Made by a program: the position numbers and the translations under genes. Shown here piece after piece: positions 6,988-14,301 of a stretch of 64,000 nt of DNA. Source of the DNA: an uncultured Clostridia bacterium (GTDB taxonomy: Bacteria; Bacillota; Clostridia; UMGS1883); NCBI GenBank assembly GCA_947589005.1, contig CANPZO010000006.1, forward strand, positions 19,959-83,958. Direction: 5' to 3'. The notes beneath the pieces were generated by a model. That model did not search any database and was not told the origin of the DNA. It saw only the letters and a program-made list of their open reading frames with translations. The number at the start of each line of letters is the position of its first letter. Position 1 is the first letter of the stretch.

Positions 6988-7017
6988 TTGGCGTGAAAAT
7001 TAAAGTTGCTACACATT
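6988..7017 (+). repeat. 30-nt perfect direct repeat X, copy 2
   Basis: Identical to 5898-5927. Confidence 0.95.
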
Positions 7018-7030
7018 GTCGTTTGTATGC

Positions 7031-7059
7031 TTGACAAAATCTCGTTTTTGTGATATAAT
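7031..7059 (+). promoter_or_regulatory. perfect consensus promoter TTGACA-17-TATAAT for the TA operon
   Basis: -35 at 7031-7036 and -10 at 7054-7059. Confidence 0.65.
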
Positions 7060-7088
7060 GATTGTAGATAATTAGAGGAGATGATTTT

Positions 7089-7352
7089 ATGGCACAGACA
7101 ACACAAGTTAGTTTTCGTATTGACGAAGATGTAAAACACAGCGCCGAAAATGTCCTTGACGATTTGGGGCTCACTCTGTCGGCGGCAATCACGGTTTTTT
7201 TAAAAAAGGTAGGCAGAGAACACCGTATCCCGTTCGACCTTTCGGTAGACCCTTTTTACTCTGAAAGCAATATCCGCTATCTTGAGCAGAAAATGGAGGA
7301 CTATAAGGCGGGGCGGCTCAACTTTGCGGAGCATGAGCTCATAGAGGATTAA
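7089..7352 (+). CDS. type II antitoxin, RelB/DinJ family
   Basis: QVSFRIDEDVKHSAENVLDDLGLTLSAAITVFLKKV is a ribbon-helix-helix DinJ-like N-terminus. It lies directly upstream of a YoeB toxin gene. Confidence 0.8.
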   Translation: MAQTTQVSFRIDEDVKHSAENVLDDLGLTLSAAITVFLKKVGREHRIPFDLSVDPFYSESNIRYLEQKMEDYKAGRLNFAEHELIED

Positions 7353-7357
7353 CGCCT

Positions 7358-7630
7358 ATGCAGACAAGGATCATTCAATGGGATTTTGACGCATGGGGGG
7401 ATTACATCTTTTGGCAAACGCAGGATAAGAAAATCCTGAAAAAGATAAATCAGCTTGTAAAGGAGATAAGCCGTAACCCGTTTGAAGGCATAGGCAAGCC
7501 CGAGCCGTTAAAAGATAATCTTTCGGGCTTTTGGTCGCGGCGTATTGACGACGAGCACAGGCTTGTTTATGCTGTTGAAAATGATAAAGTTTTAATTATC
7601 TCGTGTAAAGGGCATTACAATAAAAAGTAA
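7358..7630 (+). CDS. yoeB: type II toxin, Txe/YoeB family
   Basis: WQTQDKKILKKINQLVKEISRNPFEGIGKPEPLK...SRRIDDEHRLVY...ISCKGHY is a typical YoeB sequence. Confidence 0.9.
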   Translation: MQTRIIQWDFDAWGDYIFWQTQDKKILKKINQLVKEISRNPFEGIGKPEPLKDNLSGFWSRRIDDEHRLVYAVENDKVLIISCKGHYNKK

Positions 7631-7685
7631 GTCCGCTGTACTGACAGGAAAATTCAACTATTTGAAAATTTCGAGCAGTTGAAAT

Positions 7686-7702
7686 GGTTACAAATTGTAA
7701 CC
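7686..7702. repeat. perfect palindrome GGTTACAA-A-TTGTAACC
   Basis: 8-bp arms around one central base, immediately 5' of the REP copy. Confidence 0.7.
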
Positions 7703-7703
7703 G

Positions 7704-7730
7704 GTAGGGCGGCTTGCCTTCAAGCCGCCG
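7704..7730 (+). repeat. REP-like element (GTAG plus 9-bp GC hairpin)
   Basis: GTAGGGCGGCTTGCCTTCAAGCCGCCG is identical to the copy at 52874-52900 (opposite strand). Confidence 0.85.
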
Positions 7731-7877
7731 TTCTACACAAAATAAAATGAGGTCTCCGGTGTGGGCGCACCGAAGACCTCGGGGAGTAGTACATGATATT
7801 ATCACATACTTAACAAGTGTATTATATCATGTGCGCTCCGATTTGTCAATCATTTTTGAAAAAGGAGTGTGTTTTTT

Positions 7878-8996
7878 ATGCCAAAGACCCGCTATACCAA
7901 GCGTTCCGACGGGCGCTATCAGGTTAAGATAGGTGTGGGCAAATCCCTTGAGGGTAAAACCATATATAAGACCCTCTACGCCGCCACTGAACGAGAGCTG
8001 CGCGCCAAGAAGGACGCTCTCAAGCTCCAACTGTCCCAGGGCGTATATGTTGACAACGCCACTCAAACTCTCGCACAGTGGGCTCGTGAATGGCTTAGGA
8101 CATATAAAAACAACGTGTCCTATAACACATATGCCATGTATTCAAACATCGTCGAAAAGCACCTTGCCGTTTCCGACATTGCCAGCGTGCCGCTTAAAGA
8201 CATAAAGCTTTTTCACCTTCAACAGCTCATCAATCAAAAGGCCGCCGCCGGCCTCACACGTACTCTCGAGCTTCTGAAATGCACCCTTGACCAGATTTTT
8301 GACGCGGCGATCAACAATGACATGCTGCTGAAAAATCCAACCCGTGGGCTTGAGCTGCCCAAAAGGGAACACAAAGAAAAGCGGGCCCTCACTCCTGACG
8401 AGCGAACCGCCATTGAGAAAGCAGATTTCACGCCAAAACAGCGGGCCTTTGTGTATCTCGGCCTCTATGCCGGTCTGCGCCGGGGTGAAATACTCGCGCT
8501 CACCACTGACGATATCGACCTTGAAAACCGAATTATACGGGTCAACAAGAACCTTGTGATAAATAACGCTTACACCGAAATAAAGGCCAGCCCAAAGACT
8601 GACGCCGGTTTTCGCGACGTAATGATACGCCAGCGGTTGTACGATATCCTTGCCGAATATATTGCGTCTAAACCACCCGGACAACTATTTACAATGAATA
8701 ACGGGGAGTTAATGACATCTTCAAGCTACACCAAGTTTTGGAAGGGTATAGTCAATGCCATATCCGCTTCCGCCGCATCCAATGGTCTGAGTATTGATAT
8801 AGAAACCTTAAGTTCTCATATTCTGCGACACACCTGCGCCACGGATATGTTTTACAGCGGGCTCGACCTAAAGACCGCCCAGCGCCAGCTCGGACATTCC
8901 CGCGCGGACACCACGCTCAATATTTATACCCACTGCCAAACATCAAATGCGGAGGCTCTTGACAAAATGAACAATTATGACAAACGCACCTCGTAA
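7878..8996 (+). CDS. int: tyrosine recombinase / phage integrase
   Basis: The C-terminal HILRHTCATDM...LGHSRADTTLNIYTH gives the R..H..R..Y catalytic signature. AAAGGAG RBS 10 nt before ATG 7878. Confidence 0.9.
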   Translation: MPKTRYTKRSDGRYQVKIGVGKSLEGKTIYKTLYAATERELRAKKDALKLQLSQGVYVDNATQTLAQWAREWLRTYKNNVSYNTYAMYSNIVEKHLAVSDIASVPLKDIKLFHLQQLINQKAAAGLTRTLELLKCTLDQIFDAAINNDMLLKNPTRGLELPKREHKEKRALTPDERTAIEKADFTPKQRAFVYLGLYAGLRRGEILALTTDDIDLENRIIRVNKNLVINNAYTEIKASPKTDAGFRDVMIRQRLYDILAEYIASKPPGQLFTMNNGELMTSSSYTKFWKGIVNAISASAASNGLSIDIETLSSHILRHTCATDMFYSGLDLKTAQRQLGHSRADTTLNIYTHCQTSNAEALDKMNNYDKRTS

Positions 8997-9017
8997 TGGG
9001 ATTTTTTGTCACCGGGT

Positions 9018-9069
9018 TTGACACCCATTTTGACACCCAAAGCTTTCTTGACACCCACTTTGACACCCA
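9018..9069 (+). promoter_or_regulatory. four direct TTGACACCCA repeats (putative integrase arm-type sites)
   Basis: Copies start at 9018, 9030, 9048 and 9060, just after the int stop codon. Confidence 0.6.
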
Positions 9070-9125
9070 AAATTTGTGTATGTATGTGTACAAATTGGAA
9101 CCCCTCGACCCAAATTCCCGAGACG

Positions 9126-9175
9126 CAAAAAGCCCGTGGTTATCGAGAATACCGACAACCACGGGCTTTCTTGTT
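9126..9175. terminator. bidirectional stem-loop between int and tRNA-Lys
   Basis: AAGCCCGTGGTT (9130-9141) pairs with AACCACGGGCTT (9157-9168), with U-runs on both strands. Confidence 0.6.
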
Positions 9176-9176
9176 C

Positions 9177-9252
9177 TGGTGAGCCATCCGGGAGTCGAAC
9201 CCGGGACAACTTGATTAAAAGTCAAGTGCTCTGCCAACTGAGCTAATGGCCC
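9177..9252 (-). tRNA. tRNA-Lys (anticodon UUU)
   Basis: Hand-folded cloverleaf with anticodon loop CTTTTAA, GTTCGACTC T-loop and encoded CCA. Confidence 0.9.
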
Positions 9253-9256
9253 ATAG

Positions 9257-9333
9257 TGGCTGGGCTGGCAGGATTCGAACCTGCGAATGCCAGAGTCAAA
9301 GTCTGGTGCCTTCACCGACTTGGCTACAGCCCA
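9257..9333 (-). tRNA. tRNA-Gln (anticodon UUG)
   Basis: Hand-folded. Anticodon loop CTTTGAC, T-arm GCAGG-TTCGAAT-CCTGC, CCA encoded. Confidence 0.85.
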
Positions 9334-9450
9334 AAATTGAGTGGCATCTCAGGCCGTCAAGCGATCCGTACCGCCGGAAGCACCGGCCGCCGTCCGCCCT
9401 GCCGAAGTTATGCCGCCCCAAAAGGTGCGGCCTCCGGAGCGTAAAAAATG

Positions 9451-9528
9451 TGGGGTGGGTACTGGGATTCGAACCCAGGGCCTCCAGAGCCACAATCTGG
9501 CGCGCTAACCAACTGCGCTATACCCACC
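9451..9528 (-). tRNA. tRNA-His (anticodon GUG)
   Basis: Hand-folded. Extra 5' G(-1), anticodon loop TTGTGGC, CCA encoded. Confidence 0.9.
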
Positions 9529-9584
9529 ATATCGACCGGCCCCCACGGAGCCATCCGAGAACGCCCCGCACATGGCCGGGAAAA

Positions 9585-9661
9585 TGGCGTGCCTGCGGGG
9601 ACTCGAACCCAGGACCTACTGCTTAGAAGGCAGTTGCTCTATCCAGCTGAGCTACAGGCAC
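9585..9661 (-). tRNA. tRNA-Arg (anticodon UCU)
   Basis: Hand-folded. Anticodon loop CTTCTAA. One U-C mismatch in the T-stem. Confidence 0.85.
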
Positions 9662-9670
9662 ATAAAAATT

Positions 9671-9744
9671 TGGAGCGGGTGATGGGAGTCGAACCCACCT
9701 ATCCAGCTTGGAAGGCTGGTATTCTACCGATGAACTACACCCGC
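9671..9744 (-). tRNA. tRNA-Gly (anticodon UCC)
   Basis: Hand-folded. Anticodon loop CTTCCAA, CCA encoded. Confidence 0.9.
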
Positions 9745-9756
9745 ATGACGGAATAT

Positions 9757-9785
9757 ATTATAGCAAAACATTCGAGATTTGTCAA
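9757..9785 (-). promoter_or_regulatory. perfect consensus promoter TTGACA-17-TATAAT of the tRNA operon
   Basis: On the minus strand, -35 at 9780-9785 and -10 at 9757-9762, about 12 nt upstream of tRNA-Gly. Confidence 0.65.
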
Positions 9786-10128
9786 GCCCTTTTTGTATTT
9801 TTTTCAAGATTTTACGGGGGGATTTCTGCCCGTGCAGCGTGACTTTACGCCGCTGCGCGTCATTGCGCCGCCCCACAATACAAAAACGGAACCTCTCGGC
9901 TCCGTTTTGTATGGCGCGGGCCGCCCTGTGGTCGAGGCAAAGCGGCCTTGTGCCATATTTAAGGAAGAAAATTTAACCGCGCCGTTCCTCGGGGCGGGGC
10001 CCATGGCGGCAGCTTCCTCGCGCGTGCCGCCGTTTTCCGTCCCGCGGGTAAGACCGGCGGGATCGGTGGGCGCGCCCCGTGGGAAAAGCGGAGGTTACGG
10101 TGTCAGTTGGCGCGGCGATTATGCCGCA

Positions 10129-10167
10129 CCCCCTCGGGCCGCCCCGCCATAGCGGGGCGGCCGGGGG
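10129..10167 (-). terminator. very GC-rich stem-loop downstream of the small ORF (no clear U-run)
   Basis: GGCCGCCCCGC (10137-10147) pairs with GCGGGGCGGCC (10152-10162), extended by CCCCC/GGGGG. Confidence 0.4.
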
Positions 10168-10183
10168 AAAGTTTAAACTTCAA

Positions 10184-10351
10184 TTATTGCAGCTTTTTCC
10201 ACTGTTTGTAGCCATCGTTAGTGGCCGTGTCGGTAATGGCGGTAAGTCCGCTGGGCGAGTCGCCGCTGATGAGCAGCACGCTGTCCATAACGCTGTTTAC
10301 GGCCGCAAGCTCTTTTGTTTCAACTATCGGGGCTTTAAATTCCTTTTTCAT
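10184..10351 (-). CDS. 55-aa hypothetical peptide co-oriented with the LamG gene
   Basis: Hand translation gives MKKEFKAPIVETKELAAVNSVMDSVLLISGDSPSGLTAITDTATNDGYKQWKKLQ. A strong AAGGAGG RBS is present. It starts 18 nt after the LamG stop and is below the ORF-track cutoff. Confidence 0.45.
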   Translation of the reverse strand: MKKEFKAPIVETKELAAVNSVMDSVLLISGDSPSGLTAITDTATNDGYKQWKKLQ

Positions 10352-10369
10352 TTCAGTCAGCCTCCTTAA

Positions 10370-13300
10370 TTACAGTTCGGGGATAAGGGCAACGTCGGCG
10401 TCCGCGCCGTCGGCCCCGGCCTCTTCAATTATGGTTTCTACAAATTCAATGTTTACGCTGTCAAGAGACAGAATGACGGCATCTTGAGCAAACGCAGGAT
10501 CGTTGGACAGGGTAACGGTTTTTGCTTCCTCGTCTATCTTCATGTACTGATAAACGCCATTACCTTCGCCAACGGCAGAAGCTGTTGCTTCAACCTCGCT
10601 GCCGACATAAATTTTGCCACTGCCTACGGTAAATCCTATACCCTTGTCAAATATAGTCTGCTTAATCATAACGCTGTTTTCAGAAGAATCGTTCTTCTCC
10701 ATGATTTCACTTCTTACCTCATCTAAGGTATCAGTGCTTAAGATACCGCCCTCGGCGATAACCTTGTTGGCCGCGGCGAGCTTGTCGGCCTTCATGTCGC
10801 CTGTTTCGGCGGCAACGGCCTTAACAATAAGCTCGTAAACGCTTACGGCATCGCCCTTAGTTTCCTTGTCTCCATCAACGGCAACGGGAGTGTAGTTACG
10901 GTTTGTTGCCTTGGTCTTAAGAGTGACGCCCTTTTCGGCTGTTTCGGGAGCCTCGCCAATTGTGTTGTCGCCATCCACAACCTTTATGGTCTTGCCGGGG
11001 ATGATGCCGTAGGTAAAGTCTATGGTGAACTCACCATCGTCGTAACCAAGTGTGGCCACAGGCTTAGAGGGGAGCGCATTCGGGTCATAAACTCTTACGT
11101 TGGAAATTTTAATTCCGTCATTAGGTTTGCCCGCTCCACATACATCAATACTGTTGATTTCTTTTAACCTTTCATCGCGGAAGCAGATTGCAGGAGAAGT
11201 TTTTACTGTACCGTCATGAGATATAACTGTAACAGTCACCTCACCATTAGTTACGGAAGCATCACCTTTTACAAGTACACGGTAGGTTTCGCCGGTGGAA
11301 ACTCCTTCAAGTATGTCTCTTCCACCGCCACTTACAAACTTTTTGCCGTTATCTGAATCAGTGCTTGTGTCTGTTCCGTCTCCGCCTGTAACATTGATCT
11401 TGTGATTGTTTGTACCAATACCAAAGCCGGAATCTGCGTTGCCCCATCTGCCGCCGTTTTTGCCGAACTGTACGCTGTAATCATCAATGGCGTCGATTAC
11501 AAGGTCAAATTCAACATAGAATTTTCCCGTAATGTTATTTGGCAAATCAATTCTCGTACGGTTCGCACTCATACCCTCAAGAGCATAGCTGGAAGGAAGT
11601 ACATTTACTTTTACGGATACGGGCGTATTCCCAATTTTTCCGTTGACAGTTATCGGCGCGTCAGTTACAGTGGTCAAATCAGCCTCTTCCCAAACAACAT
11701 TTTCGGTTTTCTTTGAGCCGTATTCACCGGTTACATCAAATTGAGTGGGAAGCGAGCTACCGCTGAGAATGGAAATTTCATCAAAATTATCCTTAAATTC
11801 ATAATTGGTTTCCTCAAACTGTAACTTGGCAATTTCATCCTGTGTTAAGGCTACAGAATATACCTTAAATTCGTCAATATAACCGCTGTAAAGATTATCA
11901 CCCCAGTTAGATGCTCCAATATAATATTTTAATTGGCTGGCGTCAAGATTTGCAATTTCGGTGAAGTCTTTAGCGTTTTTGACATCTACCTCACGACTTA
12001 TTTCTCCGTCCTGATATACCACAGCGTGCCAATCGGTGTCATTGACTTTTTCAAGAGTCGTTGCAACATGATGCCATACTTTAGGTGTAACGGAAACATT
12101 GTCCGCTTTGATAGTTTCTCCGCTGATACTACCCTCACATTGGAACAAATTCCAACCGCTGTTGGCGTTGTTTATTGCGAAGTATATATCCCCTTTAGTT
12201 CCATCGGACGTTTCTTTATCGCCTACGCCGAAATCATAAAGTCTTGCCCAGTCGTCTCTTGAAAGATCTTTATTTACGTAAGCGGAAACCGTGAACGCTT
12301 TAGATGTTTTAAATCTTTCATCACTGAACAAATTGTCATTAATGCTTATTACATCAGCATCAGCATAACCGTTACCGTCACCGGGCATATAAGCCGCTTT
12401 ACCGTGAGGGCCGGCTTCTCTGATTTCAATTTTGTCTCCGACTGTAGCTGCATATTTTTCTGCATTGGGTGCGCTATTCTTTCCTTTTTCGGCATCACCT
12501 TCAAAGCTATAGTGTGCAACAAGGAACGCTTCGTCCTCAACAGTCTCTTTTACAGTAACATTTGCTGTAACGGTTACGTTGCTGTAATCCTTGAGGGTAC
12601 CCTCTACCTTATAAGCGGTGGTATCAGTCGGGACCTTACCGGCGTTTGTGGTCCAATTTACCTCAAGGCCGGGATAGTCCTTCTCGCTTGCGGCTCCCTT
12701 CGCGGTAACTGTTTTGGAAAGCTTTGCCGCAACTCCCACTCTGGTTGTGAGCTCAATATCATCAACCGTAAGAGTTTCCTTAGTATACTGTACACTTACA
12801 TCATTTTGAGAGGATTTAATTGTATAGCTGCTCAAATCCGCGTTCTCAGATTTGATGTAAATATTTCCATCTGTATGCTGGATAATGCTGGGCGCATATT
12901 CCTCGTTATTCACAAAGTCTATAGTGTCGCCCTCTATGCCGCGAATGGTCTTGGAGCCAAGATTTACATCACCGGCAACATATTTTGTATTTACATCTAC
13001 ATAAGGAATTTCACCGGCGTATACCTTAAAATCGCCGAGAGCGACCAATGCCCAAGCTATATTGTATTGCTGTGAAAATTCTTTAAGGGTTTTGAAACCG
13101 TTAACAAAGCCTTCGCCGGATGTAGTCATTTTTTCAACGGTTACATAACCATCGCCCGTATTTTCCTGATAATATACAGTATGCGTGGGGTTAGACGTAT
13201 CACTGCCGTTTATTACAACTATTCTTTGAAGCGGTTCAGGCTCATCAGGTGATTTTATACCGGTAAACGCGGAACTATCATTTTTGTCAAAAAGGAAAGA

Positions 13301-13903
13301 AGCAAATTCCTTGTCATCTTTGTCGTAAAATTTAAATCTGTAATAGAAAGCACTCTGATTGCCATAGTTATGCTGACGAACCCATTCAATAGCAATATAT
13401 GTTCCATCAAGAGATTCTTTTTCGCTGCCATATCCTGGGGTGGTAATTTTAACATTTTGGTCTTTTTTCAACTGATCTTTGTTGTCACCATCACCGCCTT
13501 TATTCGCTGTCCCTTGAAATTTCAAATAGTTCTTCTCTGTTGCCGTTTCCTCATTCGCAGCTTTCTTACTATATTTCTGAAGGCCACCTTGAGCTTGGTT
13601 AGATGGCTGTTCGAACCATTTTTCGTCATTTAAGTCAAGCTCGTTGTTTTCAGTATCGTAGTAGTATGCCTTCCACCCAGTATAAGCACTTACGCTCTCA
13701 GCAGAGCCGCCAACGCTTGGAAAGCTAGCGCGATCACCGTTGAATTTAATATCGCCTATGTTGACGACTTTGTCAATGAGACCGGGTTTGACCTCAAGCG
13801 TTACAGTATCGTCCGCCGCCCCTGCGGTGATTCCGAACATGGGCACTACTGCCATTACCATGGCGAGGACCACGGTCAACGACAGAATTTTCTTAATTCT
13901 CAT
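10370..13903 (-). CDS. large secreted surface protein with a LamG/concanavalin-like lectin domain
   Basis: Signal peptide MRIKKILSLTVVLAMVMAVVPMFGITAGA. LamG-type block FTVSAYVNKD...WARLYDFG...WHHVATTL...YIGASNWGDNLYSGYIDEFKVYSVALTQDEI. AAGGAGG RBS. Visibly lower GC than its neighbours. Confidence 0.8.
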   Translation of the reverse strand: MRIKKILSLTVVLAMVMAVVPMFGITAGAADDTVTLEVKPGLIDKVVNIGDIKFNGDRASFPSVGGSAESVSAYTGWKAYYYDTENNELDLNDEKWFEQPSNQAQGGLQKYSKKAANEETATEKNYLKFQGTANKGGDGDNKDQLKKDQNVKITTPGYGSEKESLDGTYIAIEWVRQHNYGNQSAFYYRFKFYDKDDKEFASFLFDKNDSSAFTGIKSPDEPEPLQRIVVINGSDTSNPTHTVYYQENTGDGYVTVEKMTTSGEGFVNGFKTLKEFSQQYNIAWALVALGDFKVYAGEIPYVDVNTKYVAGDVNLGSKTIRGIEGDTIDFVNNEEYAPSIIQHTDGNIYIKSENADLSSYTIKSSQNDVSVQYTKETLTVDDIELTTRVGVAAKLSKTVTAKGAASEKDYPGLEVNWTTNAGKVPTDTTAYKVEGTLKDYSNVTVTANVTVKETVEDEAFLVAHYSFEGDAEKGKNSAPNAEKYAATVGDKIEIREAGPHGKAAYMPGDGNGYADADVISINDNLFSDERFKTSKAFTVSAYVNKDLSRDDWARLYDFGVGDKETSDGTKGDIYFAINNANSGWNLFQCEGSISGETIKADNVSVTPKVWHHVATTLEKVNDTDWHAVVYQDGEISREVDVKNAKDFTEIANLDASQLKYYIGASNWGDNLYSGYIDEFKVYSVALTQDEIAKLQFEETNYEFKDNFDEISILSGSSLPTQFDVTGEYGSKKTENVVWEEADLTTVTDAPITVNGKIGNTPVSVKVNVLPSSYALEGMSANRTRIDLPNNITGKFYVEFDLVIDAIDDYSVQFGKNGGRWGNADSGFGIGTNNHKINVTGGDGTDTSTDSDNGKKFVSGGGRDILEGVSTGETYRVLVKGDASVTNGEVTVTVISHDGTVKTSPAICFRDERLKEINSIDVCGAGKPNDGIKISNVRVYDPNALPSKPVATLGYDDGEFTIDFTYGIIPGKTIKVVDGDNTIGEAPETAEKGVTLKTKATNRNYTPVAVDGDKETKGDAVSVYELIVKAVAAETGDMKADKLAAANKVIAEGGILSTDTLDEVRSEIMEKNDSSENSVMIKQTIFDKGIGFTVGSGKIYVGSEVEATASAVGEGNGVYQYMKIDEEAKTVTLSNDPAFAQDAVILSLDSVNIEFVETIIEEAGADGADADVALIPEL

Positions 13904-13981
13904 TTTTGTTACCTCCTTAAATTACTAATAAATAAATTTTTTGTTTCACGCGCGGTTCGTATAAGGAACATTATCGGAAGT

Positions 13982-14007
13982 AAAAAAACAGGCCGTTTTT
14001 GGCCTGT
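13982..14007 (-). terminator. intrinsic terminator active toward the LamG gene in the present orientation
   Basis: ACAGGCC/GGCCTGT stem (13988-13994 / 14001-14007) followed on the minus strand by U7. Confidence 0.55.
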
Positions 14008-14099
14008 TGCATATTTCCGTGCCCGTATAAAACGCGGTTTTTGTTAAATATATACAAAAATATAAACCCAAATTTATACATTATTGACCAACGGGCTTC

Positions 14100-14129
14100 T
14101 TGACTTTTGGACGGCAAAAGTAGTATAAT
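14100..14129 (+). promoter_or_regulatory. promoter TTGACT-18-TATAAT inside the IR-bounded segment, pointing away from the LamG gene
   Basis: -35 at 14100-14105 and -10 at 14124-14129. Confidence 0.6.
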
Positions 14130-14301
14130 TAAATCATGGAATTTCATGTGCTCGTATGGGAAAATATCGGAAAAAGGCGAAATAATACCTTTTTCCGACG
14201 GCCGCCGACGCAGAGGTCGACTGGGTTCCGGCGCCGCTCGGACAAGCGTATATCCGTTTTTACTTCCGATAATGTTCCTTATAGGATATTGCATAAAAAA
14301 T

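Larger units (their letters stand above)
1..9176. mobile_element. prophage-like integrative element, right (lysogeny) end; left end is outside the window
   Basis: Contains an integrase, CI-like repressor, Cro-like HTH genes and a tightly packed leftward operon. It abuts the 3' end of tRNA-Lys, with four arm-type repeats next to int. The exact att core could not be defined without the other end. Confidence 0.7.
13960..14283. promoter_or_regulatory. candidate invertible promoter switch (27-bp perfect IRs around 270 bp)
   Basis: IRL 13960-13986 is the exact reverse complement of IRR 14257-14283. The interior holds a consensus promoter and a terminator. See findings. Confidence 0.55.

Noticed and set aside
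7878-8996. The prophage integrase as the recombinase for the 13960-14283 switch.
   Set aside because: It has its own arm-type sites (TTGACACCCA) unrelated to the switch repeats and is a typical phage Int next to a tRNA. Nothing links it to the IR sequence. The invertase, if any, is presumably encoded elsewhere.
9018-9069. TTGACACCCA x4, considered as a mini CRISPR array or tandem repeat locus.
   Set aside because: The repeats are only 10 nt long with 2-8-nt gaps, and there are no spacers of CRISPR size. The position directly beside int fits arm-type recombinase sites.
8917-10152. ORFs 8917-9315, 9246-9626 and 9448-10152 across the tRNA cluster.
   Set aside because: They are read through five well-folding tRNA genes and their promoter and terminator. 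The peptides are low-complexity, with no RBS.
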